From: a virus
Strand: one strand, 5' to 3'
DNA length: 64,000 nt
Virus record (IMG/VR): IMGVR_UViG_3300012271_000010
Span: 8,111-72,110 of that record
In this document: positions 54,260 to 63,936 of the stretch, in pieces
How positions within the stretch are numbered: position 1 is the stretch's first letter
Layout of the letters: every line of letters begins with the position of its first letter
Translations under genes and position numbers: made by a program
The notes under the pieces: generated by a model
The model's input: only the letters and a program-made list of their open reading frames with translations
The model's database searches: none
Told to the model about the DNA's origin: nothing

Positions 54260-55168
54260 ATGGGCTTTCTCGATAACTCCGGCGATATTATCCTCGACGC
54301 AGTACTAACCGACACAGGACGATTCCGACTTGCAAAGGGCGACGGTTCGTTCCGAGTCGCCAAGTTTGCGGTTGGCGATGATGAAATCGATTATTCTAAA
54401 TATAATAAGAATCATCCTAGTGGATCAGCTTTCTTTGATTTGGACGTCTTGCAGACTCCTATCTTCGAGGCTTTCACAGATAACACCGCTAATTTAAAGT
54501 CTAAATTGATTTCTATTCCGAGAACAAATCTTTTGTTTCTTCCTGTTATCAAAGTAAATGATCTTTTTGAAAAGACATCTTTGCATGCTTCTGGCGCGTT
54601 CTTTGTCGCAGTTGATAAAGATACGGAGGATGCGATCAGCGTCGTTTCAAACCAGCTTGTGGATGGGATTATGTTAGGGGAGTCATTAAACGGTGGCACT
54701 TACATTCGCGTCGATCAAGGATTGAATACGACAGAGATAACACCCTCAGTTACTATCGACTCAGACTTGGTTGAGACCCAATTTATCGTAGAAATGGACA
54801 ATAGGCTTGGGAAATTAGCAAGTCGTGTTAACGGTCGGTCTGCTAAAGTATCTTTTATTGACGACGACAATGTGGCTAGCTACTTTCTTTCTCTAGGAAC
54901 AGATTTAGACTATGTCTTAGAAAATACTGAAAGAGATACAAAACCTACGCAGGTTATATCTGGTCCACGCGGCACAATTTTACAATTTATGATTCGTTCC
55001 TCTTTGGAGCTTAACACAAGTGATTACTTGTTTGATCAGTTAGGGGGAACAACTACTATTGCTCCGAATGCTACAGCAATTCAAACTATCGACACAGTTA
55101 TCAGAATTACAGGCGCAACAACTGGATATCGCTTGGATTTACCAGTTCGTTATGTTAAACTGGTCTAA
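54260..55168 (+). CDS. virion structural protein
   Basis: AAGGAG RBS; DAVLTD.GR..LA.G..F..KFA.GDDEIDY motif of large-phage virion proteins. Confidence 0.65.
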   Translation: MGFLDNSGDIILDAVLTDTGRFRLAKGDGSFRVAKFAVGDDEIDYSKYNKNHPSGSAFFDLDVLQTPIFEAFTDNTANLKSKLISIPRTNLLFLPVIKVNDLFEKTSLHASGAFFVAVDKDTEDAISVVSNQLVDGIMLGESLNGGTYIRVDQGLNTTEITPSVTIDSDLVETQFIVEMDNRLGKLASRVNGRSAKVSFIDDDNVASYFLSLGTDLDYVLENTERDTKPTQVISGPRGTILQFMIRSSLELNTSDYLFDQLGGTTTIAPNATAIQTIDTVIRITGATTGYRLDLPVRYVKLV

Positions 55169-55180
55169 TAGGAGTTAATA

Positions 55181-56212
55181 ATGTCAACTGTATTTAAAAC
55201 TTTCCTGAACAATGATGTAACGACAACCAGGTCGTTGCTTCATGAAGCTATCCCAATTACTGGCTCTATTGTATCGGGAACATATTCTGATCTTAATATC
55301 AAGGATTACTCGCACGGTATATTTCAGTCTGTTTTTGATTATCCGTATCTTAGTTCTTCTGCAAATCATATTTTTGATTTAACGACTGGATACTCTCCTT
55401 TGTCGTCGCTTTCTTCATCTGCAAATATTCAAAATGCTAAGAAGATTAATTTATATAATCAGATGGCACAGATTCTTGTAGGTCATGATATCACCGGTGG
55501 CATTCTTCAATTTGATAACGATGGTGACTTACTCGCTGGTGGGAACAAGATTAAAGAAGCTGTCTTTATAAACTTCGCAAGACTTTTAAATAAGGACGAG
55601 ATTAAGAAAGGTTCGTTCTTTTTACAACTGGGAACAGGAAGTACTTATGCAAGTCCTTTCGTGAATGTTCTGACACTGCAAGATACTAATGCTCAAAACG
55701 AGTTTAGAATAAACTCTCCAGCCGGTGAATACGCGCCTCTCTATACCGCTTCTTCCGGCATTATAACAGATACAGGTGTCGGATTGGTTTTTTATCAAGC
55801 TGGAATTGCAGTTGTTACAGCCTCAGTTTTTGCTGGTATAGAATTTAGTGCAAGTCTTGGATCAGATCAATTAGTAGACACTGCTTTAACGTCAAGTACA
55901 ATTTCTGACATATCAAATGCTCTTAGGCATAGAATTGCTGACATTGATTTTAACAATACTACAGAGTTGAATTCAACTATATATTTCTGTCGTTTGAACC
56001 ACAACGAATTCAATTATAGTTCTAATCCAACGTATCTTTCTGGCAGTAAAATTAGAGTCAAAAACAACACAATTGATGAACCAGTTGCTTATGTAACTTC
56101 AGTAGGTTTATATTCAGCTGATAATGAACTCTTGGCTGTAGCGAAACTTTCAGAACCATTAAAAAAGACTCCTCAAAATGAACTTACACTTAGAGTTAGA
56201 TTAGATTATTAG
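55181..56212 (+). CDS. virion structural protein (C-terminus paralogous to 58069..59037)
   Basis: NEFNYSSNPTY..YVTSVGLY..ELLAVAKLSEPLKK..LRVRLDY. Confidence 0.65.
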   Translation: MSTVFKTFLNNDVTTTRSLLHEAIPITGSIVSGTYSDLNIKDYSHGIFQSVFDYPYLSSSANHIFDLTTGYSPLSSLSSSANIQNAKKINLYNQMAQILVGHDITGGILQFDNDGDLLAGGNKIKEAVFINFARLLNKDEIKKGSFFLQLGTGSTYASPFVNVLTLQDTNAQNEFRINSPAGEYAPLYTASSGIITDTGVGLVFYQAGIAVVTASVFAGIEFSASLGSDQLVDTALTSSTISDISNALRHRIADIDFNNTTELNSTIYFCRLNHNEFNYSSNPTYLSGSKIRVKNNTIDEPVAYVTSVGLYSADNELLAVAKLSEPLKKTPQNELTLRVRLDY

Positions 56213-56232
56213 AGGTTTTCTTTAATTTTATT

Positions 56233-56289
56233 GAACGCCCATCTCATCAGAACGTTTTAAGTTTTTGATAATGGGCGTTCTTGGTTTTT
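56233..56289 (+). terminator. long hairpin with U-rich tail (terminator or processing stem)
   Basis: GAACGCCCAT/ATGGGCGTTC outer stem, ATCAGAAC/GTTTTTGAT inner stem, then TTGGTTTTT. Confidence 0.6.
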
Positions 56290-56293
56290 AAAT

Positions 56294-56617
56294 ATGTTTA
56301 AAAAATTTGAAGATGGTGATTTGTTTGTAAATCGTATCGAAGCACATCCAAAAGTAGAATTATTCGTTTCGAACGGAGCTTTAAATTCTATCCATCACAA
56401 TAGAAAAGTTGAAACTGCTGGCTCTGTTGTCCCTGACGGACATGTATACTTAAATAATTTAATCCATCCAGTTTTTAGTGATGTAATTCCACCCGATTTT
56501 ATTGATAGTTTTGAGTTCGTTGATGGTTGGAGTGATATTACTTCGAGTGTTCCTTCCCCCACTTTTGCATCAGTAACTTATAATGAAGATTTTGATAGTA
56601 CCTGGAGTGGAACATAA
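56294..56617 (+). CDS. small virion-module protein (possibly N-terminal part of a split gene)
   Basis: 107-aa ORF; acidic aromatic C-terminus. Confidence 0.55.
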   Translation: MFKKFEDGDLFVNRIEAHPKVELFVSNGALNSIHHNRKVETAGSVVPDGHVYLNNLIHPVFSDVIPPDFIDSFEFVDGWSDITSSVPSPTFASVTYNEDFDSTWSGT

Positions 56618-57325
56618 ATGACATTTTCAGATTGGGACATAAATTCTCTTGGCGCTGGTGTTTTCGTCGGGGGTGCCGACGGTACCTCTAGGCGTCATAT
56701 TTATTTAGAAAATCCTATAACTGATAGTGGAGATTTTTGTCGACAATGGACTCGCGTAACTGGTACTAGTGTAACTTTGTTGCATTTTAGTTTAAAAGAA
56801 ACTTTAGATGCCGGAAAGTTTTTCGAAATGCCATCTGAAAAAATATCTATTCGTGCTAGATTAAGATTAGGACTTAATTATTTTCCAAACAATACAGCAA
56901 TTGGAATTGTCGCTAAATTTGATCCTTCAAGCATATCAGCAACAACTACTTCTCCAAAGGGGTATACTACTTTTATAGGAGATACCGCAGAAACTTTAGC
57001 GAATGGGAATATTAAAATAGTATGCGACAATAAAACGGGCGCTCATTCTACGACACAAAGCACATCTTCAGCTACGGCTGATGAATGGTTAAAAATTAGA
57101 ATGGATGTTACTCCAATATCCGCTACTGAAGATTTAATAGAAGTATATACAGGGACAGACGGTTCTGAAGATTGGACATTAATAGAATCTAAAACAGTTT
57201 TAGATAGTGATACTTTTTGGATTCCTTGGACCGAGACAAACAATGGTAAAATAGGCTTCTTTATCTTGAATTCGAATGCATCCGCCGATTTATTTATTGA
57301 CAATTTTGAAGTGTGGTTAGGTTAA
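56618..57325 (+). CDS. beta-sandwich/lectin-like protein, paralog A
   Basis: shares CR, ISIRARLR, IGIVAK, PKGY, WLKIRMDV, WT, IPW, GFF, IDNF with the next ORF. Confidence 0.6.
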   Translation: MTFSDWDINSLGAGVFVGGADGTSRRHIYLENPITDSGDFCRQWTRVTGTSVTLLHFSLKETLDAGKFFEMPSEKISIRARLRLGLNYFPNNTAIGIVAKFDPSSISATTTSPKGYTTFIGDTAETLANGNIKIVCDNKTGAHSTTQSTSSATADEWLKIRMDVTPISATEDLIEVYTGTDGSEDWTLIESKTVLDSDTFWIPWTETNNGKIGFFILNSNASADLFIDNFEVWLG

Positions 57326-57344
57326 AAAAAGGAGCTTAATAAAA

Positions 57345-58067
57345 ATGACAGCAACAGATTTTGAGTTTCTTCAAGACGGAACTGGTGTTATTAATGGTGG
57401 TCCTTCTGGTTCAGCATTATTACATTCTGGTCTTGCTTCTCCTTTGGCAGGAGAAGGAAGTTATTGTAGAGAATTTTCTCTGACATCAGGTACTAACACA
57501 AAAACAACAATCTCCCTTAGTTCCTCAGCCGATGGCGGAGCCTATTACGAGATACCAAACACTAAATCTATTTCTTTGAGAGCGTGGGTCCGCGCAGCAT
57601 CTCTTTTCATTTCCAGCTGTGCGATAGGCATTACTGCCAAGTTAGAACCAAACGCCACAGATACAACTAATAGCTCTACTTCTACTCCACGGGGATATTC
57701 TCTGGTGCTCGGAGACACTGCCGACAACGGTCCTCTGGCATTCTTGAGATTATTTTGCGATAGTAAAACTGGAGCAATTTCTATAGATACTACTCCCATT
57801 GCTGTGTCACCGAATGCTTGGATTAAAATAAGAATGGATGTTATTCCAGATGGGACACAAGATATAATAAAAATATATTCTGGTACCGGCGCGACCGGCT
57901 CTGAAGTCTGGACGCTAGAATATACTAAGGTTGTTTTTAATACTGATAATTTTTATATTCCATGGGGTGAAACTGGAGCCGGACAAGTTGGGTTTTTTAC
58001 AGTCCTTCCTAGCACAAGTTATGACACTCATATAGACCGATTCCAGGTTTTCTTAGAGGACGTATAA
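57345..58067 (+). CDS. beta-sandwich/lectin-like protein, paralog B
   Basis: ISLRAWVR, IGITAK, PRGY, WIKIRMDV, IPW, GFF, IDRF; AGGAG RBS. Confidence 0.6.
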   Translation: MTATDFEFLQDGTGVINGGPSGSALLHSGLASPLAGEGSYCREFSLTSGTNTKTTISLSSSADGGAYYEIPNTKSISLRAWVRAASLFISSCAIGITAKLEPNATDTTNSSTSTPRGYSLVLGDTADNGPLAFLRLFCDSKTGAISIDTTPIAVSPNAWIKIRMDVIPDGTQDIIKIYSGTGATGSEVWTLEYTKVVFNTDNFYIPWGETGAGQVGFFTVLPSTSYDTHIDRFQVFLEDV

Positions 58068-58068
58068 A

Positions 58069-59037
58069 ATGAGTAGCGGAAGTTTACCATATCCATTTAT
58101 TACAAAAGATGGGACTCTTGGTGCATTTAAAACAATTTCTACCACTGAATACGCGGCATTTGATTATGGAGACATAATTAGTGGCTGCTATCCTCTCACT
58201 TCTACTATTGCATCTGAATATCATGCTGTTGACTCTTCTAGACCACATCTCGATGCTTTGAAAAATACTTTAAATCACTATACTACTCGAAGTCCGCATT
58301 TCGCCTTCTCTTCATCTTATGGTAATAAAGCAACTCAATCTCTTAGACTTTTAAGTCTCCCAACAATAATGTACGGCTCTTCAATTGAAAAAGGAACCGT
58401 TAGCTGCAAATTTTATCTAACAGGAACTTTGATAGCTGAATTGGGAGACCCACTCAAGAATGGAGAACTAATCCAAGTAGGTCCTTCAGGGAGTAATCAA
58501 TCCGGGTCCGTCGCAGGCGTAGTATTATACCGAGAAGGGTTTTTAGTCTTGACTGGAAGTTGGAGCTTACATTCTTCATATACAGATAACTTTGTTCCTC
58601 TTTCTACTGGCAGTGTCGCCCCTGCATGGAAACATTTCTTTACAACTGGTTCAAACGGTCTCGATGTCGTGCCATCTTCTAGTTTTGGTTTTACTTTTAA
58701 TGGGACTCAATATATCCCAACAATGACGATGCTATGTCATGCCGAGAAAGGAGATTTCAACCATTCGAATAATCCTACTTATATTGAGCATGGGCAGACA
58801 GATAAAATACCATTCTCTAGTTCAGTACATTTTAGAGAACGTGATAACATAGCTATTAAGAATTTGGTGAAAGTGTCGTATGATGAAGAGGAACCTGTTT
58901 TCGAAAAAACAACCTATATTTCAAGGGTAGGTATCTTTGACGCAGAAAAGAATTTGATAGGAGTAGCGAAGTTAGCTACCCCATTAAGAAAGAAAGAGAC
59001 TGATTCTTATACTATCAAATTAAAATTTGACATCTAA
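58069..59037 (+). CDS. virion structural protein
   Basis: FNHSNNPTY..YISRVGIFD..LIGVAKLATPLRK..IKLKFDI. Confidence 0.65.
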   Translation: MSSGSLPYPFITKDGTLGAFKTISTTEYAAFDYGDIISGCYPLTSTIASEYHAVDSSRPHLDALKNTLNHYTTRSPHFAFSSSYGNKATQSLRLLSLPTIMYGSSIEKGTVSCKFYLTGTLIAELGDPLKNGELIQVGPSGSNQSGSVAGVVLYREGFLVLTGSWSLHSSYTDNFVPLSTGSVAPAWKHFFTTGSNGLDVVPSSSFGFTFNGTQYIPTMTMLCHAEKGDFNHSNNPTYIEHGQTDKIPFSSSVHFRERDNIAIKNLVKVSYDEEEPVFEKTTYISRVGIFDAEKNLIGVAKLATPLRKKETDSYTIKLKFDI

Positions 59038-59059
59038 ACCCATGAATGGACTTTAAATT

Positions 59060-59608
59060 ATGATCCTCGCTCTTGATATATCAACCAGCATAACTGGTGT
59101 TACTTTATTGGATAAAGAAGGAAATAGAATTTTTACTGGTTATACAGATACAAGAAAAGAAATTGGATTTTTTAATAAAGTAGAGAAACAAAAAAATGAA
59201 ATACTTAATATTATTGAAGTTCATTGCGGAGATAACAATAAATTTATTGAAAGAATCTTTATTGAACAGTCTCTTCAAGCGTTCCGACCGGGTCTGTCTT
59301 CCGCAAAAGTCATCCTCGCATTAGCAGGAATGAATCGAACTCTCTCTTATCTTTTATACGAAGCGCTTGGTTTAGAACCTGAGTATATCGGAGCTTCCAC
59401 AGCTAGAAAAGCATGTGGAATAAAAATTCCTAAGGGAGAGAAAGCTAAAAAAGTCGTGCTGCAATTCTTACTTGACAATGAGGCAGACTTTATGGTAGAG
59501 TATACTAGTTTTGGTAATCCAAAGGCGCCATATTATGATATGGCGGACAGTATTGTGATTGCTAGAGCAGGATACGAAATATGGAAGAGCAAAAACTCAG
59601 ACTCTTAA
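59060..59608 (+). CDS. ruvC: RuvC-like Holliday junction resolvase
   Basis: ILALDISTSITG, IFIEQ, ARK, DMADSIVIA catalytic acidic residues. Confidence 0.85.
   Translation: MILALDISTSITGVTLLDKEGNRIFTGYTDTRKEIGFFNKVEKQKNEILNIIEVHCGDNNKFIERIFIEQSLQAFRPGLSSAKVILALAGMNRTLSYLLYEALGLEPEYIGASTARKACGIKIPKGEKAKKVVLQFLLDNEADFMVEYTSFGNPKAPYYDMADSIVIARAGYEIWKSKNSDS
59472..59501 (+). promoter_or_regulatory. internal sigma70-type promoter for replication genes (TTGACA-18-TAGAGT)
   Basis: same TTGACA/TG.TAGAGT form as 6881, about 80 nt before the primase start. Confidence 0.5.
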
Positions 59609-60522
59609 AAGAAATTTTTGGATACACCTATAAGTCAGGTGACGAATGGTTATTTTATTGTCCAAAATGTAAACACCACAAACCAAAATTAAGCGTCAAC
59701 ATTGAAAAGAACTTGTTCAAATGTTGGGTGTGTGCTTATAGTGGTTCTTCTGTTTATAGGCTTGTGAGAAAATATGGAAATTTTTTACAAAGGCAAAGTT
59801 GGGAAGTCCTCGACGATGTAGTCGATCTTAGCGTTTCTCTTTTTGAACAGATGTTCGGAGAAAAAGAAAAGCCAGAGGAGATCACATTAAAGCTCCCTCA
59901 AGAATTCAGGTCGCTAGCTAATAAGGATTCTCACTTCTCTAGCATACCTGCGCGCAGATACCTCAATGAAAGAGGGATAACCAAAAAAGACATTGTTAGA
60001 TGGAAGATTGGCTACTGTTCTACAGGTGAATACGCTAAAAGGATTATTGTACCGTCTTTTAATTTGGATGGTAGAATAAACTATTTTATTGCTAGAAGTT
60101 ATGTTGATGGATATAAATATAAAAATCCTGAAGGTGCTACTAAAGATATCGTCTTTAACCACCTCTACGTTGACTGGAAGAATCCTGTTCACCTTGTAGA
60201 AGGTGTTTTTGATGCTATCCCAGCCGGAAACGCTATTCCATTATTACAATGTTCTTTGAGAGAAGAATCAAAACTTTTTCAAGAAATAACAAAACACGAT
60301 ACTCCAATCTACATTGCTTTAGATCCTGATGCAGAAAAAGGAGCAATGAAGCTGATAAAGAAACTGTTGGAATACGATATAGAGTGTCACAAGGTTGATG
60401 TTTCAGGAAAAGAAGATGTTAGTTTGATGGGACGAATAAAATATCTTGAGAGGGTAAAGAAAGCAGAATTGATGAACTCTAGAACGTACTTGCGACAGCT
60501 AGCAAGAGGAAGTAGTAGATGA
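59581..60522 (+). CDS. dnaG: DNA primase (zinc finger + TOPRIM)
   Basis: CPKC..FKCWVC, YLNERGI, RIIVP, LVEGVFDA, ALDPDA. Confidence 0.92.
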   Translation: MEEQKLRLLKEIFGYTYKSGDEWLFYCPKCKHHKPKLSVNIEKNLFKCWVCAYSGSSVYRLVRKYGNFLQRQSWEVLDDVVDLSVSLFEQMFGEKEKPEEITLKLPQEFRSLANKDSHFSSIPARRYLNERGITKKDIVRWKIGYCSTGEYAKRIIVPSFNLDGRINYFIARSYVDGYKYKNPEGATKDIVFNHLYVDWKNPVHLVEGVFDAIPAGNAIPLLQCSLREESKLFQEITKHDTPIYIALDPDAEKGAMKLIKKLLEYDIECHKVDVSGKEDVSLMGRIKYLERVKKAELMNSRTYLRQLARGSSR

Positions 60523-63500
60523 TTAAGATCGCACATATTAGTGATACGCACATTCATAATTTAAAATATCACGATGAATATAAAATAATTTTTCAAAAGA
60601 TATTTGATACTCTTAAAGAAGAAAAACCAGACTTCATCTTTCACGTTGGAGATATTGCTCACACCAAGACTCAAATTTCTCCTGAGTTTGTGGAAATGTG
60701 TGCATGGTTCTTTCGTTCGTTGGCAGAAATTGCTCCAACTTATATAACTCCTGGAAACCACGATGGCAACCTTAAAAACGATAGCCGCCAAGACGCGCTG
60801 ACTCCTATCGTGGACGCCCTTGACCTATCTAACCTACACCTGATTAAGGCGGCGGGAGAGGTAGAGCTTACAGACGAACTGACATTGAATGTTTTGTCCA
60901 TCTTTGATGAAAAAAATTGGCAAAAGATTTCAAATCACAGCAAGATTAATGTGGCGATGTATCACGGTTCTGTAAGCGGCGTCAAGACCGATGCAGGGTT
61001 TGTTATGGAATATGGGGACCACGATGTGGGTATCTTTGAAGGATTTGATTATGTCATGCTTGGAGACATCCACAAAACAAATCAATCTCTGGATGAAGAA
61101 GGCAGAATCCGTTATCCAGGTTCCACCGTACAACAGAACCATGGAGAAACAAATGATAAGGGTTTTCTAATCTGGGAAATTGAAGATAAGAATAAATTTG
61201 ATGTAAGACATATTGCTTTCCAAAATCCAACTCCGTTCTTTACTCTAGAATTGACACCAGAAGGACAGATTCCCAAGGACTCAGTTGTACCAGAAAACGC
61301 TCGTCTACGATTAGCAGTTGCACATCGGGTATCTCTTAATATTATTCGTAAGGCTCTTGATGTTGCAAAAACAATGTTCAAACCAGTTTCGGTAACATTT
61401 TTTAATCGTTCATCTTTAAAGATAAAAGAAGAAAATGCGGAGGATATAAATCTGAGCGTTGACGAAGATCTTCGAGATATACAAGTTCAGAATCGAATTA
61501 TTCGTGAGTTTTTAAGTGAATATCAAGACGAGCCCGTTGTCCTCGATAAAGTCTTAGAGCTGAATAAAAAATATCATATTCTTGCTGAAGAAGGCGAGGA
61601 GGTTGTTCGCAACGTTCGCTGGAGTATAAAATCACTTGATTGGAGTAATCTCTTTTCTTATGGAGAAGACAACAATATAGATTTCACTAAATTAGGTGGA
61701 GTTGTAGGTATTTTCGGAAAGAATTTTACAGGAAAATCTAGTATTATCGATAGTTTGTTGTGGACAATATTCAATTCAACTTCAAAGTCGTTTAGAAAGA
61801 ATTTAGATGTGATAAACCAGAACCGTGATTATGGTCACGGGCGAACTGAAATGCAAATTGGACAAAGAAACTTTGTTATTGATAGAAACGCATCAAAACA
61901 ACAGAAACAAACACATGTTGGTATAGAAGAATCAGCTGTAACAACATTAGATTTTGGGTTTTATGATCCTATGACACATTCGTCAATACCTAAAGAGTTT
62001 GAACAAAATCTAAATGGGAATACGAGACCCCTTACCGACAAAAACGTTAGACGAATGTTTGGAACTATTGATGATTTCCTTTTGACTTCAATGTCTTCTC
62101 AACGAGATTCTCTTTCTTTCGTTAATGCAAAATCAAGTGATAGGAAACAAGTACTTGCTAAGTTTCTAGATTTAGAAATCTTTGACAAGAAGTATAAACT
62201 GGCTAATGATGACGCTCTTGATTTGCGAGGTGCGTTAAAGAAACTTGAGGGAAGAGATTTTGATCTAGAACTTGAGAAAGTTGTTGCTGCCGCTGCTAAA
62301 AACGAAAACTCAACCAAAGAATACCAAGAAAGAATTAACACACTTAAAGGGCAAAAGAGCGAGCAAGAAATTAAATTATCAGAGGTGAATATCGAGATTG
62401 CCAAATCTCCAGAGTTAGAAGTGCTTGACGAAGAGAGGGTCCAAGCAGAGATTTTAAAACTAAATATTCTAAAAGAAGAGGCAATTCTTGTAAACTCAAA
62501 TTGGACGATAGAATTAGAAAAACTAGTTGACTCTCTAAAACAAGTTCGGACCCTCGCCACAGAATTTGAAATAGATGATTTAAAGAAAGATGAGAAGAGA
62601 GCTAAAGAATCCCAAATTAAGTTTAATCAACTGTTTCGTGAACTAACCCAAGAAGAGAGCAATAAAACACTCCAAGACAAACAAGTATCTCTTCTTTCAG
62701 AAGTACCTTGTGGAGATAAGTTCCCAGAATGTAAATTCTTGCACAATGCTTATGAAGCACAAAAGAAGATTCCTGATACAGAAAAGTTAATTTCTATTAA
62801 GAGGGATAAATGTTCTGATTTCAAAAAAGAATTAGAAGCTACTGATATTGGAGTTATTGAAAATAAGATTACTGAATTTGATTTCTTAAAAACTAAAGAA
62901 TCAAAACTACAAATAAGAATCTCCAACATTCAATTAAACATAGAAAGAAAAACTTCCTCACTATTTGAGATAAACAATAAAATTGACACTCTTCAAAGTA
63001 GACTTGAAGCATATTTTAAAAATCAAAAAGCAGTTAAAGTGTTAAAAGTTCTTCATAAAAATAAGAGTGATTATGAGAAGTCTTTAAATAGCATAACTGA
63101 AGAACTTGAACAATGTCAAATCGAATTAACTGAGGTATGGAAAGAACACGGTTCTCTTGAAGAAAAATGGAATAATTTAGAAGATTCTAAACTTGAACTT
63201 GCAGAACTACGTGAACAATATGCAGCATTTGATTTATATTTAAAAAGCATGCACAGTAATGGAATTGCTTATGACATTATCAAGAAAAGGTTGCCTATAA
63301 TTAATGAACAAATCTCTAATATCTTGGCGAATGTCGTTGATTTTGAAATTTTTCTTGAAGATAATGGCAAAGAACTACCAATTATGATTAGACACCCGAA
63401 ATATCCACCACGTTCGTTAAATGGTGGGTCAGGCGCTGAATTAACCTTAGCTTCTATGGCGATTAGGCTTGCTTTAATTCGTATTAGTAGTCTACCAGTG

Positions 63501-63698
63501 GGGGACCTATTTATTCTAGACGAACCAGCTACATCCTTGGATGAAGAAAATATGGAAGGATTTACACGTATTATCGAAATGTTGAAAATGCAGTTTAAAA
63601 CAATTATTCTTATATCACATCTTGATGCTTTAAAAGATATTGTCGACACGCAAATCGTTATTGATAAGAAAGCTGGTTACGCTCAAGTCAACTTTTAG
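60519..63698 (+). CDS. sbcC: fused SbcD(Mre11)-SbcC(Rad50) nuclease/ATPase
   Basis: HISDTH, GD, GNHD, GDIH, YPGS; GKNFTGKSS Walker A; coiled coil with CGDKFPEC hook; GSGAE signature; FILDEP; ISH. Confidence 0.92.
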   Translation: MIKIAHISDTHIHNLKYHDEYKIIFQKIFDTLKEEKPDFIFHVGDIAHTKTQISPEFVEMCAWFFRSLAEIAPTYITPGNHDGNLKNDSRQDALTPIVDALDLSNLHLIKAAGEVELTDELTLNVLSIFDEKNWQKISNHSKINVAMYHGSVSGVKTDAGFVMEYGDHDVGIFEGFDYVMLGDIHKTNQSLDEEGRIRYPGSTVQQNHGETNDKGFLIWEIEDKNKFDVRHIAFQNPTPFFTLELTPEGQIPKDSVVPENARLRLAVAHRVSLNIIRKALDVAKTMFKPVSVTFFNRSSLKIKEENAEDINLSVDEDLRDIQVQNRIIREFLSEYQDEPVVLDKVLELNKKYHILAEEGEEVVRNVRWSIKSLDWSNLFSYGEDNNIDFTKLGGVVGIFGKNFTGKSSIIDSLLWTIFNSTSKSFRKNLDVINQNRDYGHGRTEMQIGQRNFVIDRNASKQQKQTHVGIEESAVTTLDFGFYDPMTHSSIPKEFEQNLNGNTRPLTDKNVRRMFGTIDDFLLTSMSSQRDSLSFVNAKSSDRKQVLAKFLDLEIFDKKYKLANDDALDLRGALKKLEGRDFDLELEKVVAAAAKNENSTKEYQERINTLKGQKSEQEIKLSEVNIEIAKSPELEVLDEERVQAEILKLNILKEEAILVNSNWTIELEKLVDSLKQVRTLATEFEIDDLKKDEKRAKESQIKFNQLFRELTQEESNKTLQDKQVSLLSEVPCGDKFPECKFLHNAYEAQKKIPDTEKLISIKRDKCSDFKKELEATDIGVIENKITEFDFLKTKESKLQIRISNIQLNIERKTSSLFEINNKIDTLQSRLEAYFKNQKAVKVLKVLHKNKSDYEKSLNSITEELEQCQIELTEVWKEHGSLEEKWNNLEDSKLELAELREQYAAFDLYLKSMHSNGIAYDIIKKRLPIINEQISNILANVVDFEIFLEDNGKELPIMIRHPKYPPRSLNGGSGAELTLASMAIRLALIRISSLPVGDLFILDEPATSLDEENMEGFTRIIEMLKMQFKTIILISHLDALKDIVDTQIVIDKKAGYAQVNF

Positions 63699-63717
63699 GT
63701 TTAGGAGGGTTTATGAA

Positions 63718-63936
63718 GTGGGAGACGGAGACGTAGTACAAGAAAAAACAGAGGGAAAACCATCGAGATTTGTTAATTTTCTTGGTAAGGTTTTATTACT
63801 TTTTGAAAACATTGCAAAAGCAGTAGCTGGCATCGGACTAATAATTAGTTTGATTGCTGGCACTGCTGGTTTTGGTGGTATGTTGCTTGCACCAGGTGAT
63901 ATTGAAAAACTAAAAAACAGGGAGCTAGATGAATAA
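63718..63936 (+). CDS. small membrane protein
   Basis: AGGAGG RBS then in-frame GTG; hydrophobic segment AVAGIGLIISLIAGTAGFGGMLL. Confidence 0.55.
   Translation: MGDGDVVQEKTEGKPSRFVNFLGKVLLLFENIAKAVAGIGLIISLIAGTAGFGGMLLAPGDIEKLKNRELDE

Noticed and set aside
56618-58067. Diversity-generating retroelement acting on the duplicated genes
   Set aside because: No reverse transcriptase and no near-identical template/variable repeat pair with adenine-specific differences seen
9566-63649. Numerous 60-155 aa minus-strand or nested ORFs in the ORF track
   Set aside because: They lie within long motif-bearing + strand genes and read as antisense shadows
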